IMG/VR virus record: IMGVR_UViG_3300023235_000012
Coordinates: 64,001 to 128,000 of that record
Source: a virus
Length of the DNA stretch: 64,000 nt
Direction: 5' to 3' (one strand)
Under the pieces are notes generated by a model. That model saw nothing but the letters and a program-made list of their open reading frames with translations. It was not told the origin of the DNA and did no database searches. The position numbers and the translations under genes are program-made. Of this stretch, positions 1 through 9,211 are shown piece after piece (the stretch's first letter is position 1; every line of letters begins with the position of its first letter).

Positions 1-1044
1 TCCGGTTGTTTCTGTTATCTCTTTCGTGAATTTTGCTATGTAGCTTATTCTCTCTTCATCTTTGAGGATAGCGTCTAGCTCTGCATGATAATCGATGAAC
101 TCTCTCTTGTCTACCAGCTGCATGATGGTGATTTCAGAATCAGCTAAGAATCCTTTGTCTTGTAGTTCTTTGGTTTCCACTTGCAAGACACAGGGACCGA
201 TAGCCAATTCCAGCTGGATAGCTTCAATCTTTTCCTTAGGGATCGTGCCAGTTAGCCCCCAACGAATAGGAATATTTTTGAATTGATTGGTGAACAGATC
301 CTTCAACACTGCTCCTGACATGGTGTGCGCTTCGTCGGAAATGATCGCCTGCTGACCCTCTAGGACTTCTTCTATTTCTTTCGGTGTTAGCTGATCCATT
401 CCTCTTGGTTTCTTATAGAAAGCATTGATGGATTGCCATGTACAGATGGTAGCTTGCTTGTTCAACTCTTTCGTCTTCCCATAGAACAGCCCAGTTTCGA
501 TGCCCATATCCGTGAAAACCTTTGCAGTCTGAGTGACGAGGTCAGTTCGAGGTACCACAATTAGCATTCTACCGTAGTTCTTGACCTTTTTTGCTAACGC
601 GGCGGCGATTGCTGTATTATGGTGAATTATGCCGGAACTGTCCACATATAGATGAGGAGAAGGCAATGAAACATCAAAGTATTTTTGATTGGGCAATGTC
701 TCAATTTTTCTAACCTTCTTAAAACCTCGAACGGTGTCGATTTTCTGACCACTGCACAAATCTCTAGCATTTATCTCTTTTCTATTTGAAAACAAAATAT
801 GACCAGACGAACATTCAATGTTTGAATTATCTTCAAAAAATATCTTAATTCCATCTGTGGATTTCATAATTAGATGCAATATCGGCTCATATGACTCAAT
901 TGATCTAATATATATTCCACTTGATTTGATATCTTTTTCAATGTTTTCTTGAAATTTAGATTTAGAAAATTCTTCATAATACGAAAATAAATCCCCAATC
1001 TTAAGAGTGCAGCTTTTCAAAAATTTCTCCTTCAATATTTCCAT
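1..1044 (-). CDS. uvsW: Split UvsW-like SF2 helicase, C-terminal gene: IntC (143 aa, ends HHN at 616) plus helicase C-extein; runs off window edge
   Basis: Not in ORF track. Hand translation from ATG 1044 (SD CAGGAG, 6 nt spacer): MEILKEKFLKSCTLKIGDLF...IECSSGHIL...YFDVSLPSPHLYVDSSGIIHHN|TAIAAAL...LIVVPR...TWQS...ISDEAH...GLTGT. Confidence 0.88.
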   Translation of the reverse strand, partial: MEILKEKFLKSCTLKIGDLFSYYEEFSKSKFQENIEKDIKSSGIYIRSIESYEPILHLIMKSTDGIKIFFEDNSNIECSSGHILFSNRKEINARDLCSGQKIDTVRGFKKVRKIETLPNQKYFDVSLPSPHLYVDSSGIIHHNTAIAAALAKKVKNYGRMLIVVPRTDLVTQTAKVFTDMGIETGLFYGKTKELNKQATICTWQSINAFYKKPRGMDQLTPKEIEEVLEGQQAIISDEAHTMSGAVLKDLFTNQFKNIPIRWGLTGTIPKEKIEAIQLELAIGPCVLQVETKELQDKGFLADSEITIMQLVDKREFIDYHAELDAILKDEERISYIAKFTKEITETTG

Positions 1045-1594
1045 TACTTTCTCCTGAACCGGTTATTCCTTCTATTTTATTCATAAGAAACTTACCAAAT
1101 TCAGTATTTTCATCAATTAATATGTCGATATTAGTATTGTATCCTAGACATTTCCCTGCTCCGGTAGCTGCTTCGACTATTGCGTGTTGATTTTCAAGAA
1201 GAGCGTTGACTATTCTTACTTGATGTTCTTCCAAGACGACAGCTTCACCTTCGAGCCGGTGACCCTCGGGCCAATTGACGTCGTTCAAATAATTTTCATC
1301 GATTGGTTTGAAGCCTACTTCGAACTCAGCACGATGATCTTCGATTTCGATGTTATAGAGTCGCTCCTCAATGATTGGAAGGACGCGGTCAAGAAGATTG
1401 ATAAATGTTTCACCGTTTACCGCATTGAAAAAAGCTTTACGTCCATCCCATCTTCCCATCTTCACTGCATAGGTATGGCGGGCTTTGGGATCGTAAAACT
1501 TTAGAGCAGCTGAACAAAGACGCCGTGTTTCAGCGTCTAATCCTTTGAATGTAGCGTTTACTTCGTCTTTTAAAATTAACGTGCAGCTGCGCAT
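1001..1594 (-). CDS. uvsW: Split UvsW-like helicase, N-terminal gene: N-extein to Walker A (ATGAGK) plus 49-aa IntN
   Basis: GRWDG, Q-motif LEEHQ, AATGAGK followed by intein block A CLGYNTNI at 1150, stop at 1001. Confidence 0.88.
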   Translation of the reverse strand: MRSCTLILKDEVNATFKGLDAETRRLCSAALKFYDPKARHTYAVKMGRWDGRKAFFNAVNGETFINLLDRVLPIIEERLYNIEIEDHRAEFEVGFKPIDENYLNDVNWPEGHRLEGEAVVLEEHQVRIVNALLENQHAIVEAATGAGKCLGYNTNIDILIDENTEFGKFLMNKIEGITGSGESNGNIEGEIFEKLHS

Positions 1595-1632
1595 TTTTCT
1601 CCTTTGGAAATTAGACAGTACAATATTATCTT

Positions 1633-1661
1633 AATATAACAGTACAGCGAAAAAAAGTCAA
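1633..1661 (-). promoter_or_regulatory. sigma70-like promoter of helicase gene
   Basis: TTGACT-17nt-TATATT with TG before the -10. Confidence 0.6.
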
Positions 1662-1665
1662 AAAG

Positions 1666-1694
1666 ATACCGTCTTCCGTTCTGGAAGACGGTAT
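1666..1694 (-). terminator. Rho-independent terminator
   Basis: 12-bp stem ATACCGTCTTCC/GGAAGACGGTAT followed by a T-run on the minus strand. Confidence 0.75.
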
Positions 1695-1707
1695 GAAGAT
1701 TTAAAAG

Positions 1708-1797
1708 TTACCAGCTAAACGTTGCTACGGCCCAGACTGCAAAGATAATACCGAGGAAGAACCAATGCACCATCCCATAATCTTTTCGTTTCATCAT
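1708..1797 (-). CDS. Small hydrophobic peptide (29 aa)
   Basis: MMKRKDYGMVHWFFLGIIFAVWAVATFSW, AAAGGA upstream. Confidence 0.45.
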   Translation of the reverse strand: MMKRKDYGMVHWFFLGIIFAVWAVATFSW

Positions 1798-1819
1798 CTT
1801 CTTTCCTTTCTATTAAAAT

Positions 1820-2905
1820 TCAAATACGCTTCAGCAGTGTATTTCTTGCTAAGTATTGCCAGTCATCTGGTTTCATCCGCATGAGATCGGCAAGATTGAG
1901 CACCGTGCGTAGAGTGATGCCATTCTTCAATTTACCAATGTTCTTTCGGATGAAATCGACGATCTCTTCGCGCTCTTCAGTTTTGAGATCATATTCGTCC
2001 AACATCCCCGACCCCAACGCCACACTCTTCACTCGCAGGAAACGATCCCGCGGTGTGTCAATGGTCAGGTCCAACGAAAGGACTCGATCAAACAGTGCCT
2101 GCACGTGCGCCTTGATTTTTTCGGATCTCGTCGTCTCTGGCTTAAGGTTTGTGATAAAGATCACCGAGCCCTTGAATTCGAAATGATTGGGGATGCCTTC
2201 AGCAGCAAGCAATCTACTATCAGAATTATAGCTGAGATATCGTCGTTTGCCAGTATCCAAGGCTGCTTTCAGCATATTCAGTGCATCACCGTCGAAGAAG
2301 ACACTGTCACAATCATCAAAAACCAAGATCTGGTCTGCGTTGCTGAATGCATAAAGCTTTATGAAAAGCATAATAGGAGTAATCGTACCCTTGACGATGT
2401 CAAACGTCGGCTTCTTATCGGCCATATAATTCATCACGTTGAGCTCTGTCAGGCACTTTTCAACTCCAAAGCTCTTACCTACGCCAGGAGCGCCCGAAAC
2501 GACCAAACCTCGAATGTGACCCCGACCAACGCCAAACGTCAATTCGTCAAGAACGCTAAATCGTTCATTAATCCGTTCGATGGCGTTCTTTTCTGTCTCA
2601 CCGTCGACATCGCCTTCCAATGTTACCTTGGTCCAATCAATTGCGCTGGTCTTAACACCTTCGGGAACTTCGAACACTGGAGCAGAAACTTCGATCTTTG
2701 AATCGACCTTTTCGTAATCATCCTCCGATGAGATCAGCACCCGAGCATTACTATTCGGATGTCCAAAAACTTCACCGTTGACTGTCACCTTCAGGATCGG
2801 CTTCCCTTTGTAGAAACCTTTTTTCGCAGGTTCAATCATCTCAGCAATCGTACCAGAAACATCGGTCTTCCGATATGTTCCTTTTTTAATCCGTATCTTC
2901 TGCAC
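1820..2905 (-). CDS. P-loop ATPase (AAA-like), function unknown
   Basis: Walker A GAPGVGKS, Walker B LVFDDCD, VIFITN; GTG start with AAGGAG. Confidence 0.75.
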   Translation of the reverse strand: MQKIRIKKGTYRKTDVSGTIAEMIEPAKKGFYKGKPILKVTVNGEVFGHPNSNARVLISSEDDYEKVDSKIEVSAPVFEVPEGVKTSAIDWTKVTLEGDVDGETEKNAIERINERFSVLDELTFGVGRGHIRGLVVSGAPGVGKSFGVEKCLTELNVMNYMADKKPTFDIVKGTITPIMLFIKLYAFSNADQILVFDDCDSVFFDGDALNMLKAALDTGKRRYLSYNSDSRLLAAEGIPNHFEFKGSVIFITNLKPETTRSEKIKAHVQALFDRVLSLDLTIDTPRDRFLRVKSVALGSGMLDEYDLKTEEREEIVDFIRKNIGKLKNGITLRTVLNLADLMRMKPDDWQYLARNTLLKRI

Positions 2906-2935
2906 TTGCTTCTCCTTCTTCCTTAGTGTCTTTAT

Positions 2936-2963
2936 AGTATAAACTTAAAAAAGATTTTGTCAA
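2936..2963 (-). promoter_or_regulatory. sigma70-like promoter
   Basis: TTGACA-16nt-TATACT. Confidence 0.65.
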
Positions 2964-2991
2964 GTGTTTTCTTGGATTATTTTCGAAGAGT

Positions 2992-3020
2992 CGAAGGGTG
3001 ATCTTTTCGACCACCCTTCG
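2992..3020 (-). terminator. Stem-loop terminator after pncA
   Basis: CGAAGGGTG/CACCCTTCG inverted repeat just after the stop codon. Confidence 0.6.
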
Positions 3021-3025
3021 TTAGA

Positions 3026-3601
3026 TTAGCCTAGAACTACCCTCTTATTCACCCATTCTTCAGAATAGACTTGCTCAATCTGCCGCTCTATTCCTTTGGT
3101 AAGGTCCTTCTTGACCTTCACTCGAAAGCCATTCTTCACAAGACCGTCGACCGCCCATTTCACACAAAAATCAGCCGCAAAACCTACAACCTCAAAGTCA
3201 AACAGTTCGTCTCGCTTGAGATGAGCGAAGAAAAACTCTCTCGAGCATTTGTGGCCTTCTGCGTCGGTGATGGTCACCTTCTCTTCTTGCCACATGTCAA
3301 AGACGCCTTTCTCCAGTTTATAGACCAAAGGCTCGATGTCAGTTGTGACGGCTAGTTCCCATCCCTCTGTTCCTTTAACACAATGAGGAGGAAAAATTTT
3401 ACCCTCTTCTGATTCTGCGTAAACCTCAGGAACATGAGTGTCGAAGGAATAAAGAACCAGGTGGGTGTCTTCCTTCGTAAGGCTCTTGAGGTAATCATTG
3501 ATCGGTTTGATCAATGGTTCAGCTCCAGGAACCGGTAGATTTGCGCCTTCTTTGATGAAATCTACCTGTGCGTCGACTACGATTACAACTTTCTTATTCA
3601 T
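3026..3601 (-). CDS. pncA: Nicotinamidase (isochorismatase family)
   Basis: VVDAQVDF, DTH, FPPHCV.GT.G, LEKG, GFAADFCV motifs. Confidence 0.9.
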   Translation of the reverse strand: MNKKVVIVVDAQVDFIKEGANLPVPGAEPLIKPINDYLKSLTKEDTHLVLYSFDTHVPEVYAESEEGKIFPPHCVKGTEGWELAVTTDIEPLVYKLEKGVFDMWQEEKVTITDAEGHKCSREFFFAHLKRDELFDFEVVGFAADFCVKWAVDGLVKNGFRVKVKKDLTKGIERQIEQVYSEEWVNKRVVLG

Positions 3602-3665
3602 CTTACTCTCCTAATATTATAGATGAACTTTTCAAGTGACCAAAATGATCCTTAATTCGATCCTC

Positions 3666-3881
3666 TTATTGAGTGACCTTAATTTCTAACGACTTGGTTT
3701 TGAACATGAAATCCAGAATCGCTTTGACCGCAGCGCATTCTCGAGCGTTAAAGTTTTCTTGATCGATGATAACATTATTAGCATTAATTTCTCGCAAGAA
3801 CGACTGTAGTTCTTCGGTGAAAGCCCAGAGATCTATTTTATGCTCGGGCATCATCGTTTTTGCTTCACTAGCGTTTAACAT
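3666..3881 (-). CDS. Hypothetical protein inside NAD cluster
   Basis: ORF with AGGAG SD. Confidence 0.6.
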   Translation of the reverse strand: MLNASEAKTMMPEHKIDLWAFTEELQSFLREINANNVIIDQENFNARECAAVKAILDFMFKTKSLEIKVTQ

Positions 3882-3953
3882 TGCAACTCTCCTATGAGTT
3901 TGACGTCTTTTGGTTTATCCCAGGGCAACGTGGCATTCCCTTATTGTCCTTGT

Positions 3954-3982
3954 AGTTTAACACTTTTTTGATGAATTGTCAA
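3954..3982 (-). promoter_or_regulatory. sigma70-like promoter upstream of small ORF and pncA
   Basis: TTGACA-17nt-TAAACT with TG before the -10. Confidence 0.65.
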
Positions 3983-3983
3983 G

Positions 3984-4580
3984 TCATTTTATTCTATAAA
4001 TTTCTGGGAATTTATCAAGCACCAGCTGATGATTAACCCGCGGGACCCATTCTTTCCAATCTGGTTGACCGAGTTCAAGAAAGGTTCTAAGATCTGTCGC
4101 AGGAGGAACATTGTTATGATCACGATTGATAATATGACATTCCCTTTTTTGATCTTTGATTTTGAATCTATTCTTCCATTGTTCTTGAATCATAAACGTA
4201 TTCCACTGGATTGGTGTTCCTTCCAAGAAAAATCGATCTGTATACCATCGAGAATCAGCTACACTTCCAGTAAAATAATCGGTTGGATCAGGAAGACCAA
4301 TCTTATAGATCTTTTCCAAGACATAATCAATCCAATCGTTATTGTCGTCTTGAGTGTCTAGATCAGCTAGTTGAATAATCTTCAGACGATCTCCAAAAAC
4401 ATTTTGAACCATCATTTTTCGATCTTCGAATGAATAAGGATTCCACTTATTATTGACATTGGTTGAACCAATCCCCAAGATCACCGTCTCACATGACTCG
4501 ATCATTTGATTGATGGTCTGTGTATGTCCTTTATGCAGCGGTTGGATTCGCATGCAGGCAAGTGCTGTCCTTCTAGTCAT
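3984..4580 (-). CDS. nadM: NMN/NaMN adenylyltransferase (NadM-like, HIGH superfamily)
   Basis: RIQPLHKGH, ILGIGS, NPYSFEDRKMM, ATDLR; likely start MTRR at 4580 with AGGAGG SD. Confidence 0.85.
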   Translation of the reverse strand: MTRRTALACMRIQPLHKGHTQTINQMIESCETVILGIGSTNVNNKWNPYSFEDRKMMVQNVFGDRLKIIQLADLDTQDDNNDWIDYVLEKIYKIGLPDPTDYFTGSVADSRWYTDRFFLEGTPIQWNTFMIQEQWKNRFKIKDQKRECHIINRDHNNVPPATDLRTFLELGQPDWKEWVPRVNHQLVLDKFPEIYRIK

Positions 4581-4581
4581 A

Positions 4582-5052
4582 TTAAATCCTCCTACGCTTT
4601 TTCTCTTCAAGAAACGACAAGGCATCTTTGACGATTTCGGTATGATTGAACGCCAACTTGATCTCTTCATTCACCACTGGATCAGTTGACACCCATGCAA
4701 TTGATGAAAGATCGTCACCAGCCCGGACTGATGGTGGATTAACCAGTATGACCAGATAGCAAACATTGACAACATGACAGCGAGGATCAATAATTGGATC
4801 GCTGTAAACTGCGAATAGATTCAATTTTGACAATGGGACTTCCAAGCCGGTCTCTTCTTTGATCTCCCTGATCATAGCTTGTTCTACCTGTTCACCTTCA
4901 TCAACGAAGCCTCCAGGAAGGCAAGAATAACCAGGGAAGGCGTCTGTCTTAGAAGTTCGACGACCAGTCAAAACCGTAGTTCGTCCATTAGAAGGACAAA
5001 TGATAACGGCGGTTGCAGTGACTGCTGGTCTTGGATATTCGTAGCTTATCAT
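4582..5052 (-). CDS. Nudix hydrolase, probable ADP-ribose pyrophosphatase
   Basis: Nudix box GGFVDEGEQVEQAMIREIKEETGL, DPR, AGDD, LAFNH. Confidence 0.88.
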   Translation of the reverse strand: MISYEYPRPAVTATAVIICPSNGRTTVLTGRRTSKTDAFPGYSCLPGGFVDEGEQVEQAMIREIKEETGLEVPLSKLNLFAVYSDPIIDPRCHVVNVCYLVILVNPPSVRAGDDLSSIAWVSTDPVVNEEIKLAFNHTEIVKDALSFLEEKKRRRI

Positions 5053-6353
5053 ACCCTTGTCTCCATTTCAGTTTTTCCATCATTGCCGAAAATCTTCAAG
5101 TATTTTGCAATTTCAGATTGGATACCTGTAGCCTTTTTCGGGTTGTTGCTCAGCTTAACTGCTGGTTTTCCATCTGCTTCGAGTACCTTGCACACCAGAC
5201 TGAAAGAACGAAAACGATCTTCTCCTGATGGATCACAGTTGATGAAATCGTTAGTTAAAGCTGTTCCCCATCCGAACGGTGTGATCATCTGCCCTTCGAA
5301 TTGTGTCTGAAGGTTGACAATATTTTCGTAATCCAAACCGTCCGAGAAAATACAAGCCTTCTCACGTGGATCAACATCATGATCACGCAACCAATAGAAG
5401 AACATATTAGCTTCAACTTCTGGGCTTCCAGAGTCCTGTCTGATTCCTCTCCAGTTGGTGGCGATCTCTTCCGCAAGGTTCCGAGGCATCCCTTTAAAGA
5501 ACTGCGTAGATCCATAGGTATCAGGTAGAACGATCCGAAGACCTTTACCAAACAATGTTCCCCATTCACGAACGATATCATACTGTGCTTTGGGTTTCAG
5601 TTCATCCGGATATAGTGCAGTCACCACCATTGGAAGCTCATGAGCGTTCGTACCAATTGGAACCTTATCCTGATTAAAAGCCAACCAAGTATTGCTAGTT
5701 CCGACGAACTGATCGCCCAGTACATCACTGGCCATCTCAATGGCGAATTTCTGCCAGAGGAAGCTGTGACGACGACGCTGTCCAAAATCCGTGATCTTCG
5801 CGTTTGGTGCGTTTTCTTTGATGAATTTCAGTTTGTTGTACAGCTTGCTGGTCGCGTTCGCGTAGAGGACCTTTCGATCCATCGATGTCATCTTCCGCAA
5901 TTTCTTCCGGTAATAAAGCTCCGACACGATCGCCAGGGCAATGGTTTCCCAAAAAGTTACCTGCTCCCAAGGTCCTTCGAACGTTAGGCTCAGTTCAGGG
6001 CCTTTCATCTCAAGGTGGTAATCAGGCAGACGAACAGTGGAAAGGAACTCGATGTATTCTTCGTCGAACATATTTTCACCGTAGACGTCCATTCCACGAA
6101 GGTAATAAAGGTCGGTTCTTCGAAAGCCCAAGGTGCGAACATGATCGAGCTGCTCTCGGAGCTCCTGTTCGTCAATCATAAATCCTAGTGGAACGTTTTG
6201 ATCACGGTTGATCAATCTAAACTTGACATTGACACCCCGATGTTTTTTGAAAATGTAATAACCCATCGTAAGTTTATAAAAATCGACGTCCATCAGAGAT
6301 CTAATGATGAAATCGGTTTCTTGCAAAGAACTTCGTTCTGCAAAATCAGTCAT
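5049..6353 (-). CDS. pncB: Nicotinate phosphoribosyltransferase
   Basis: DVDFYKLTM, DFGQRRRHS, GTSN, PIGTNAHE (phospho-His), PDTYG, GIRQDSG, FSDGL, VKLS. Confidence 0.92.
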   Translation of the reverse strand: MTDFAERSSLQETDFIIRSLMDVDFYKLTMGYYIFKKHRGVNVKFRLINRDQNVPLGFMIDEQELREQLDHVRTLGFRRTDLYYLRGMDVYGENMFDEEYIEFLSTVRLPDYHLEMKGPELSLTFEGPWEQVTFWETIALAIVSELYYRKKLRKMTSMDRKVLYANATSKLYNKLKFIKENAPNAKITDFGQRRRHSFLWQKFAIEMASDVLGDQFVGTSNTWLAFNQDKVPIGTNAHELPMVVTALYPDELKPKAQYDIVREWGTLFGKGLRIVLPDTYGSTQFFKGMPRNLAEEIATNWRGIRQDSGSPEVEANMFFYWLRDHDVDPREKACIFSDGLDYENIVNLQTQFEGQMITPFGWGTALTNDFINCDPSGEDRFRSFSLVCKVLEADGKPAVKLSNNPKKATGIQSEIAKYLKIFGNDGKTEMETRV

Positions 6354-7287
6354 TGTTCTGTCCTTTCAAAACGCTTGGGGTCCAGATCGAATCAAGTTTT
6401 GCCAGGCTTTCAAATCGCCCAGGGACTGCTTCGAGATAGGCTGGATTGTATCGCTTAAAGGCTGTTCGAGACATCCTTTTTTCAACCTTATCATAAACAT
6501 CAGCTGATCTTCGATCACTTATCGCCGTATCTTTGTTCATGAACGACATCAACATGATATCCCATTCGAGATATGAACAGCCGAACTGTGCTTCGTCACC
6601 GTCATTAATCCCAAGACCGTCGGTTGGTTTAGCCGTATAAACTGACTCTGGAACACCCATCATCTTTGCGATGACTGGCACTTCCCATGACTTCCAAAGA
6701 GATTGGATTGGACTGAGATCACCAACGTCTCCGTGTAGAGTCCAGAAACCTGCAGCCAATTCACTAAAATTATCAGTTGATGCAACCAGGCCCCGTTCAG
6801 CATGTGCTACATTATATAGTGTGATCATTCGAAGTCGAGCTCTAATATTCCCGGTACGAATTTTTTCGTCGTCAGTCATTGGATTAATGTGCACCAATCG
6901 ATCAGACAAAAGCTGCGCTTCACTGGTCAAATCAATCGTTTCGAATGGAATCTCAAGAGCATCACAAACTTCAACACCACGTTCGGTTTCGACCGGATCT
7001 TGATTGATTGGAAGCAATAAACCCTTGACTTTCCATCCTGCTTCTTTAAACAGCGCGGCTACCAGAGCCGAATCAACACCACCAGAAACGCCAAGAACTG
7101 CAACGTCGATACCTGATTGTTTTCGATAATCAACCAGATCCTCGATCAATTTGATCGAGGTCAGTCTTAATTCTGTTTCTTGAATGAATCCACCACTTGC
7201 GATTAGCTTTTTCAATTGGCTATCGAACCACGGTGAAAGTTCTGCGATGGTATCTTGACGAGATACCTTAAGGATTGTATTTTTCAT
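6346..7287 (-). CDS. nadE: NH3-dependent NAD+ synthetase
   Basis: GVSGGVDS, GNIRARLRM, STDNFSE, GFWTLHGD, KPTDGL, DEAQFG. Confidence 0.92.
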   Translation of the reverse strand: MKNTILKVSRQDTIAELSPWFDSQLKKLIASGGFIQETELRLTSIKLIEDLVDYRKQSGIDVAVLGVSGGVDSALVAALFKEAGWKVKGLLLPINQDPVETERGVEVCDALEIPFETIDLTSEAQLLSDRLVHINPMTDDEKIRTGNIRARLRMITLYNVAHAERGLVASTDNFSELAAGFWTLHGDVGDLSPIQSLWKSWEVPVIAKMMGVPESVYTAKPTDGLGINDGDEAQFGCSYLEWDIMLMSFMNKDTAISDRRSADVYDKVEKRMSRTAFKRYNPAYLEAVPGRFESLAKLDSIWTPSVLKGQNND

Positions 7288-7386
7288 TGTATCACCTCAC
7301 TTTCATGGGTTTAAATACATTTGCTGTGACCAATCGATCCAACTTAAAGCAAAATGACTTTATGTCTATCTTGCCTTTTATTTATA

Positions 7387-7572
7387 CTAAATCTTCTCTT
7401 GATTGTCAATATTTTTCTTTGCATCTTCGTTGAGAAGCTTAGCAACCCGTTCTGCAGCTGGAATGTTGTATTCTGCGACCGCAGATACCACGCGCCCCAC
7501 GAAACCATTTGCGATTTCGAATTCGATCTTTTCATTTTCTTCGCCGTAAACTATCAACTTATCCATTTTCAT
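7387..7572 (-). CDS. Hypothetical protein, first gene of NAD operon
   Basis: ORF between promoter and nadE. Confidence 0.55.
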   Translation of the reverse strand: MKMDKLIVYGEENEKIEFEIANGFVGRVVSAVAEYNIPAAERVAKLLNEDAKKNIDNQEKI

Positions 7573-7598
7573 ACCTTCTTATTTCTTTATCATAATTA

Positions 7599-7626
7599 AT
7601 TATAACACGGTGCAAGAAAAAGTCAA
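7599..7626 (-). promoter_or_regulatory. sigma70-like promoter of NAD operon
   Basis: TTGACT-16nt-TATAAT with TG before the -10. Confidence 0.7.
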
Positions 7627-7629
7627 GCA

Positions 7630-9177
7630 TTAAAAAGGAATGTCGTTAAATTCCCAGATATTTTCATCGTCACTGGAAAGGATGCTTTCGAATATATCCC
7701 GGACGTCTCCTACCTCATCGATGCTTTCAAGCATTATATCAAAGCCCCAGAGTCTACGTAGATGACGGATGGTTTCCTGAGCACTATCATTGTCTAATGG
7801 TATCTTGTCAATCATAGTATGTTCCAGAAATAGAGTCCTATCACCATCAATGGCGAAATCAGTAATCTGAATATCCGGGATGGAACGATTGATTTCATAT
7901 TGTTGAGAAAGATTCTTACGGATTTTAATGTAGCCGTCTTGATCTTGGATATTGGTTACCAGATAATTTTCATCTTCTTCATCTTTTAAGACGAAAAGTT
8001 TCAAATCTCTGATGACTTTGGGACTTAGATATTGTAGGACGAAGCTAGAATCTTTGAAGTTTTCCATTGCGTATTTTATTTCTGTAAGCCAATCTCCACC
8101 GGTGATATCAGGGAACCATTTTTTATCTTCGTCTGTTGGGTTATCACACATCCTCTTGATGTCCATAAAGATCGAAAATCCCAGGTAATATGGATTTAAT
8201 CCAGAATAACGTTGATCATCAAAATCTGGCTGGAATAGAACCGACGTATGACTATGCATAAATTCAAGCATATGTCCATCATCAAGAAAACCTTGTTCCC
8301 ATAATTCATTCATCAAAGTATAATGCCAGAAACTCGCCCATCCTTCGTTCATCACTTTTGTCTGCATTTGAGGATAAAAATATTGACTTGTCTTGCGGAC
8401 TATTCGGATAATTTCTCGCTGCCAATTCTTCAAAAGAGGAGCATTCTTTTCTAGAAAATAGAGGATATTTTCTTGTTTCTCTTCGAGGAAGGGTTTATAA
8501 ACCTTTCCGTTTGGGTCTTTGTTCTTCGATTGCGGCAATGTCTTCCAAAGATCATCAACTGATCGTTGTCTGTACTCTTCTCTTTCGTGAAGACGTTCGA
8601 GCTCTTTCTCTTTGGATTGTCTTTTTGGCTTATGATAGCGATCTACTCCAAAGAATTGCAAAGCATGGCAAGAATCAAGAACCTTTTCTACTGCTTCTAA
8701 ACCATACTTCTCTTCGCATTTTGTGATATATTTTTTAGCAAAAATCAGGTAGTCGATAATGGCCTCTGCGTCTGTCCACTCTTTGAATAGATAATTTCCC
8801 TTGAAGAAGCTATTGTGTCCGAAAGCTGCATGGGCAATAACCAAAGTCTGCATCACCATCGTATTCTCTTCCATCAGATAACTGATGCACGGGCTTGAGT
8901 TAATCACTATCTCATAGGCGAGGCCCATCCTACCACGACGGTAATTATTTTCTGTCTGGGTGAAATTTTTACCAAAAGACCAATGGAAATAGAACACTGG
9001 CATTCCATGACTAGTATAAGCATCCATCATCTGTTCAGAGGAAATAACCTCCAACTGATTTGGATAGCAGTCAAGTCCAAATTTTTCGACTGCTATTTTT
9101 TCGATGATGGTCGTCACTTCATTTAGCCGATCAAAATTCCAATCATTATCGTCCCAAAGTTTTTTGCTCTGTTTCAT
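7630..9177 (-). CDS. ycgB: SpoVR-family protein
   Basis: GLDCYPNQLE, HWSFGK, GLAYEIVINSSPCI, AHAAFGHNSFFK, TKVMNEGWASFWH. Confidence 0.93.
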   Translation of the reverse strand: MKQSKKLWDDNDWNFDRLNEVTTIIEKIAVEKFGLDCYPNQLEVISSEQMMDAYTSHGMPVFYFHWSFGKNFTQTENNYRRGRMGLAYEIVINSSPCISYLMEENTMVMQTLVIAHAAFGHNSFFKGNYLFKEWTDAEAIIDYLIFAKKYITKCEEKYGLEAVEKVLDSCHALQFFGVDRYHKPKRQSKEKELERLHEREEYRQRSVDDLWKTLPQSKNKDPNGKVYKPFLEEKQENILYFLEKNAPLLKNWQREIIRIVRKTSQYFYPQMQTKVMNEGWASFWHYTLMNELWEQGFLDDGHMLEFMHSHTSVLFQPDFDDQRYSGLNPYYLGFSIFMDIKRMCDNPTDEDKKWFPDITGGDWLTEIKYAMENFKDSSFVLQYLSPKVIRDLKLFVLKDEEDENYLVTNIQDQDGYIKIRKNLSQQYEINRSIPDIQITDFAIDGDRTLFLEHTMIDKIPLDNDSAQETIRHLRRLWGFDIMLESIDEVGDVRDIFESILSSDDENIWEFNDIPF

Positions 9178-9211
9178 TTTTTACCTTTTGTGACTGCATA
9201 AGAAATTAAGT

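Noticed and set aside
5049-6353. NARP1 Namat or NARP2 Nampt
   Set aside because: Motifs are PncB-type, pncA and nadE flank it, and no Prs-like Adps gene is present.
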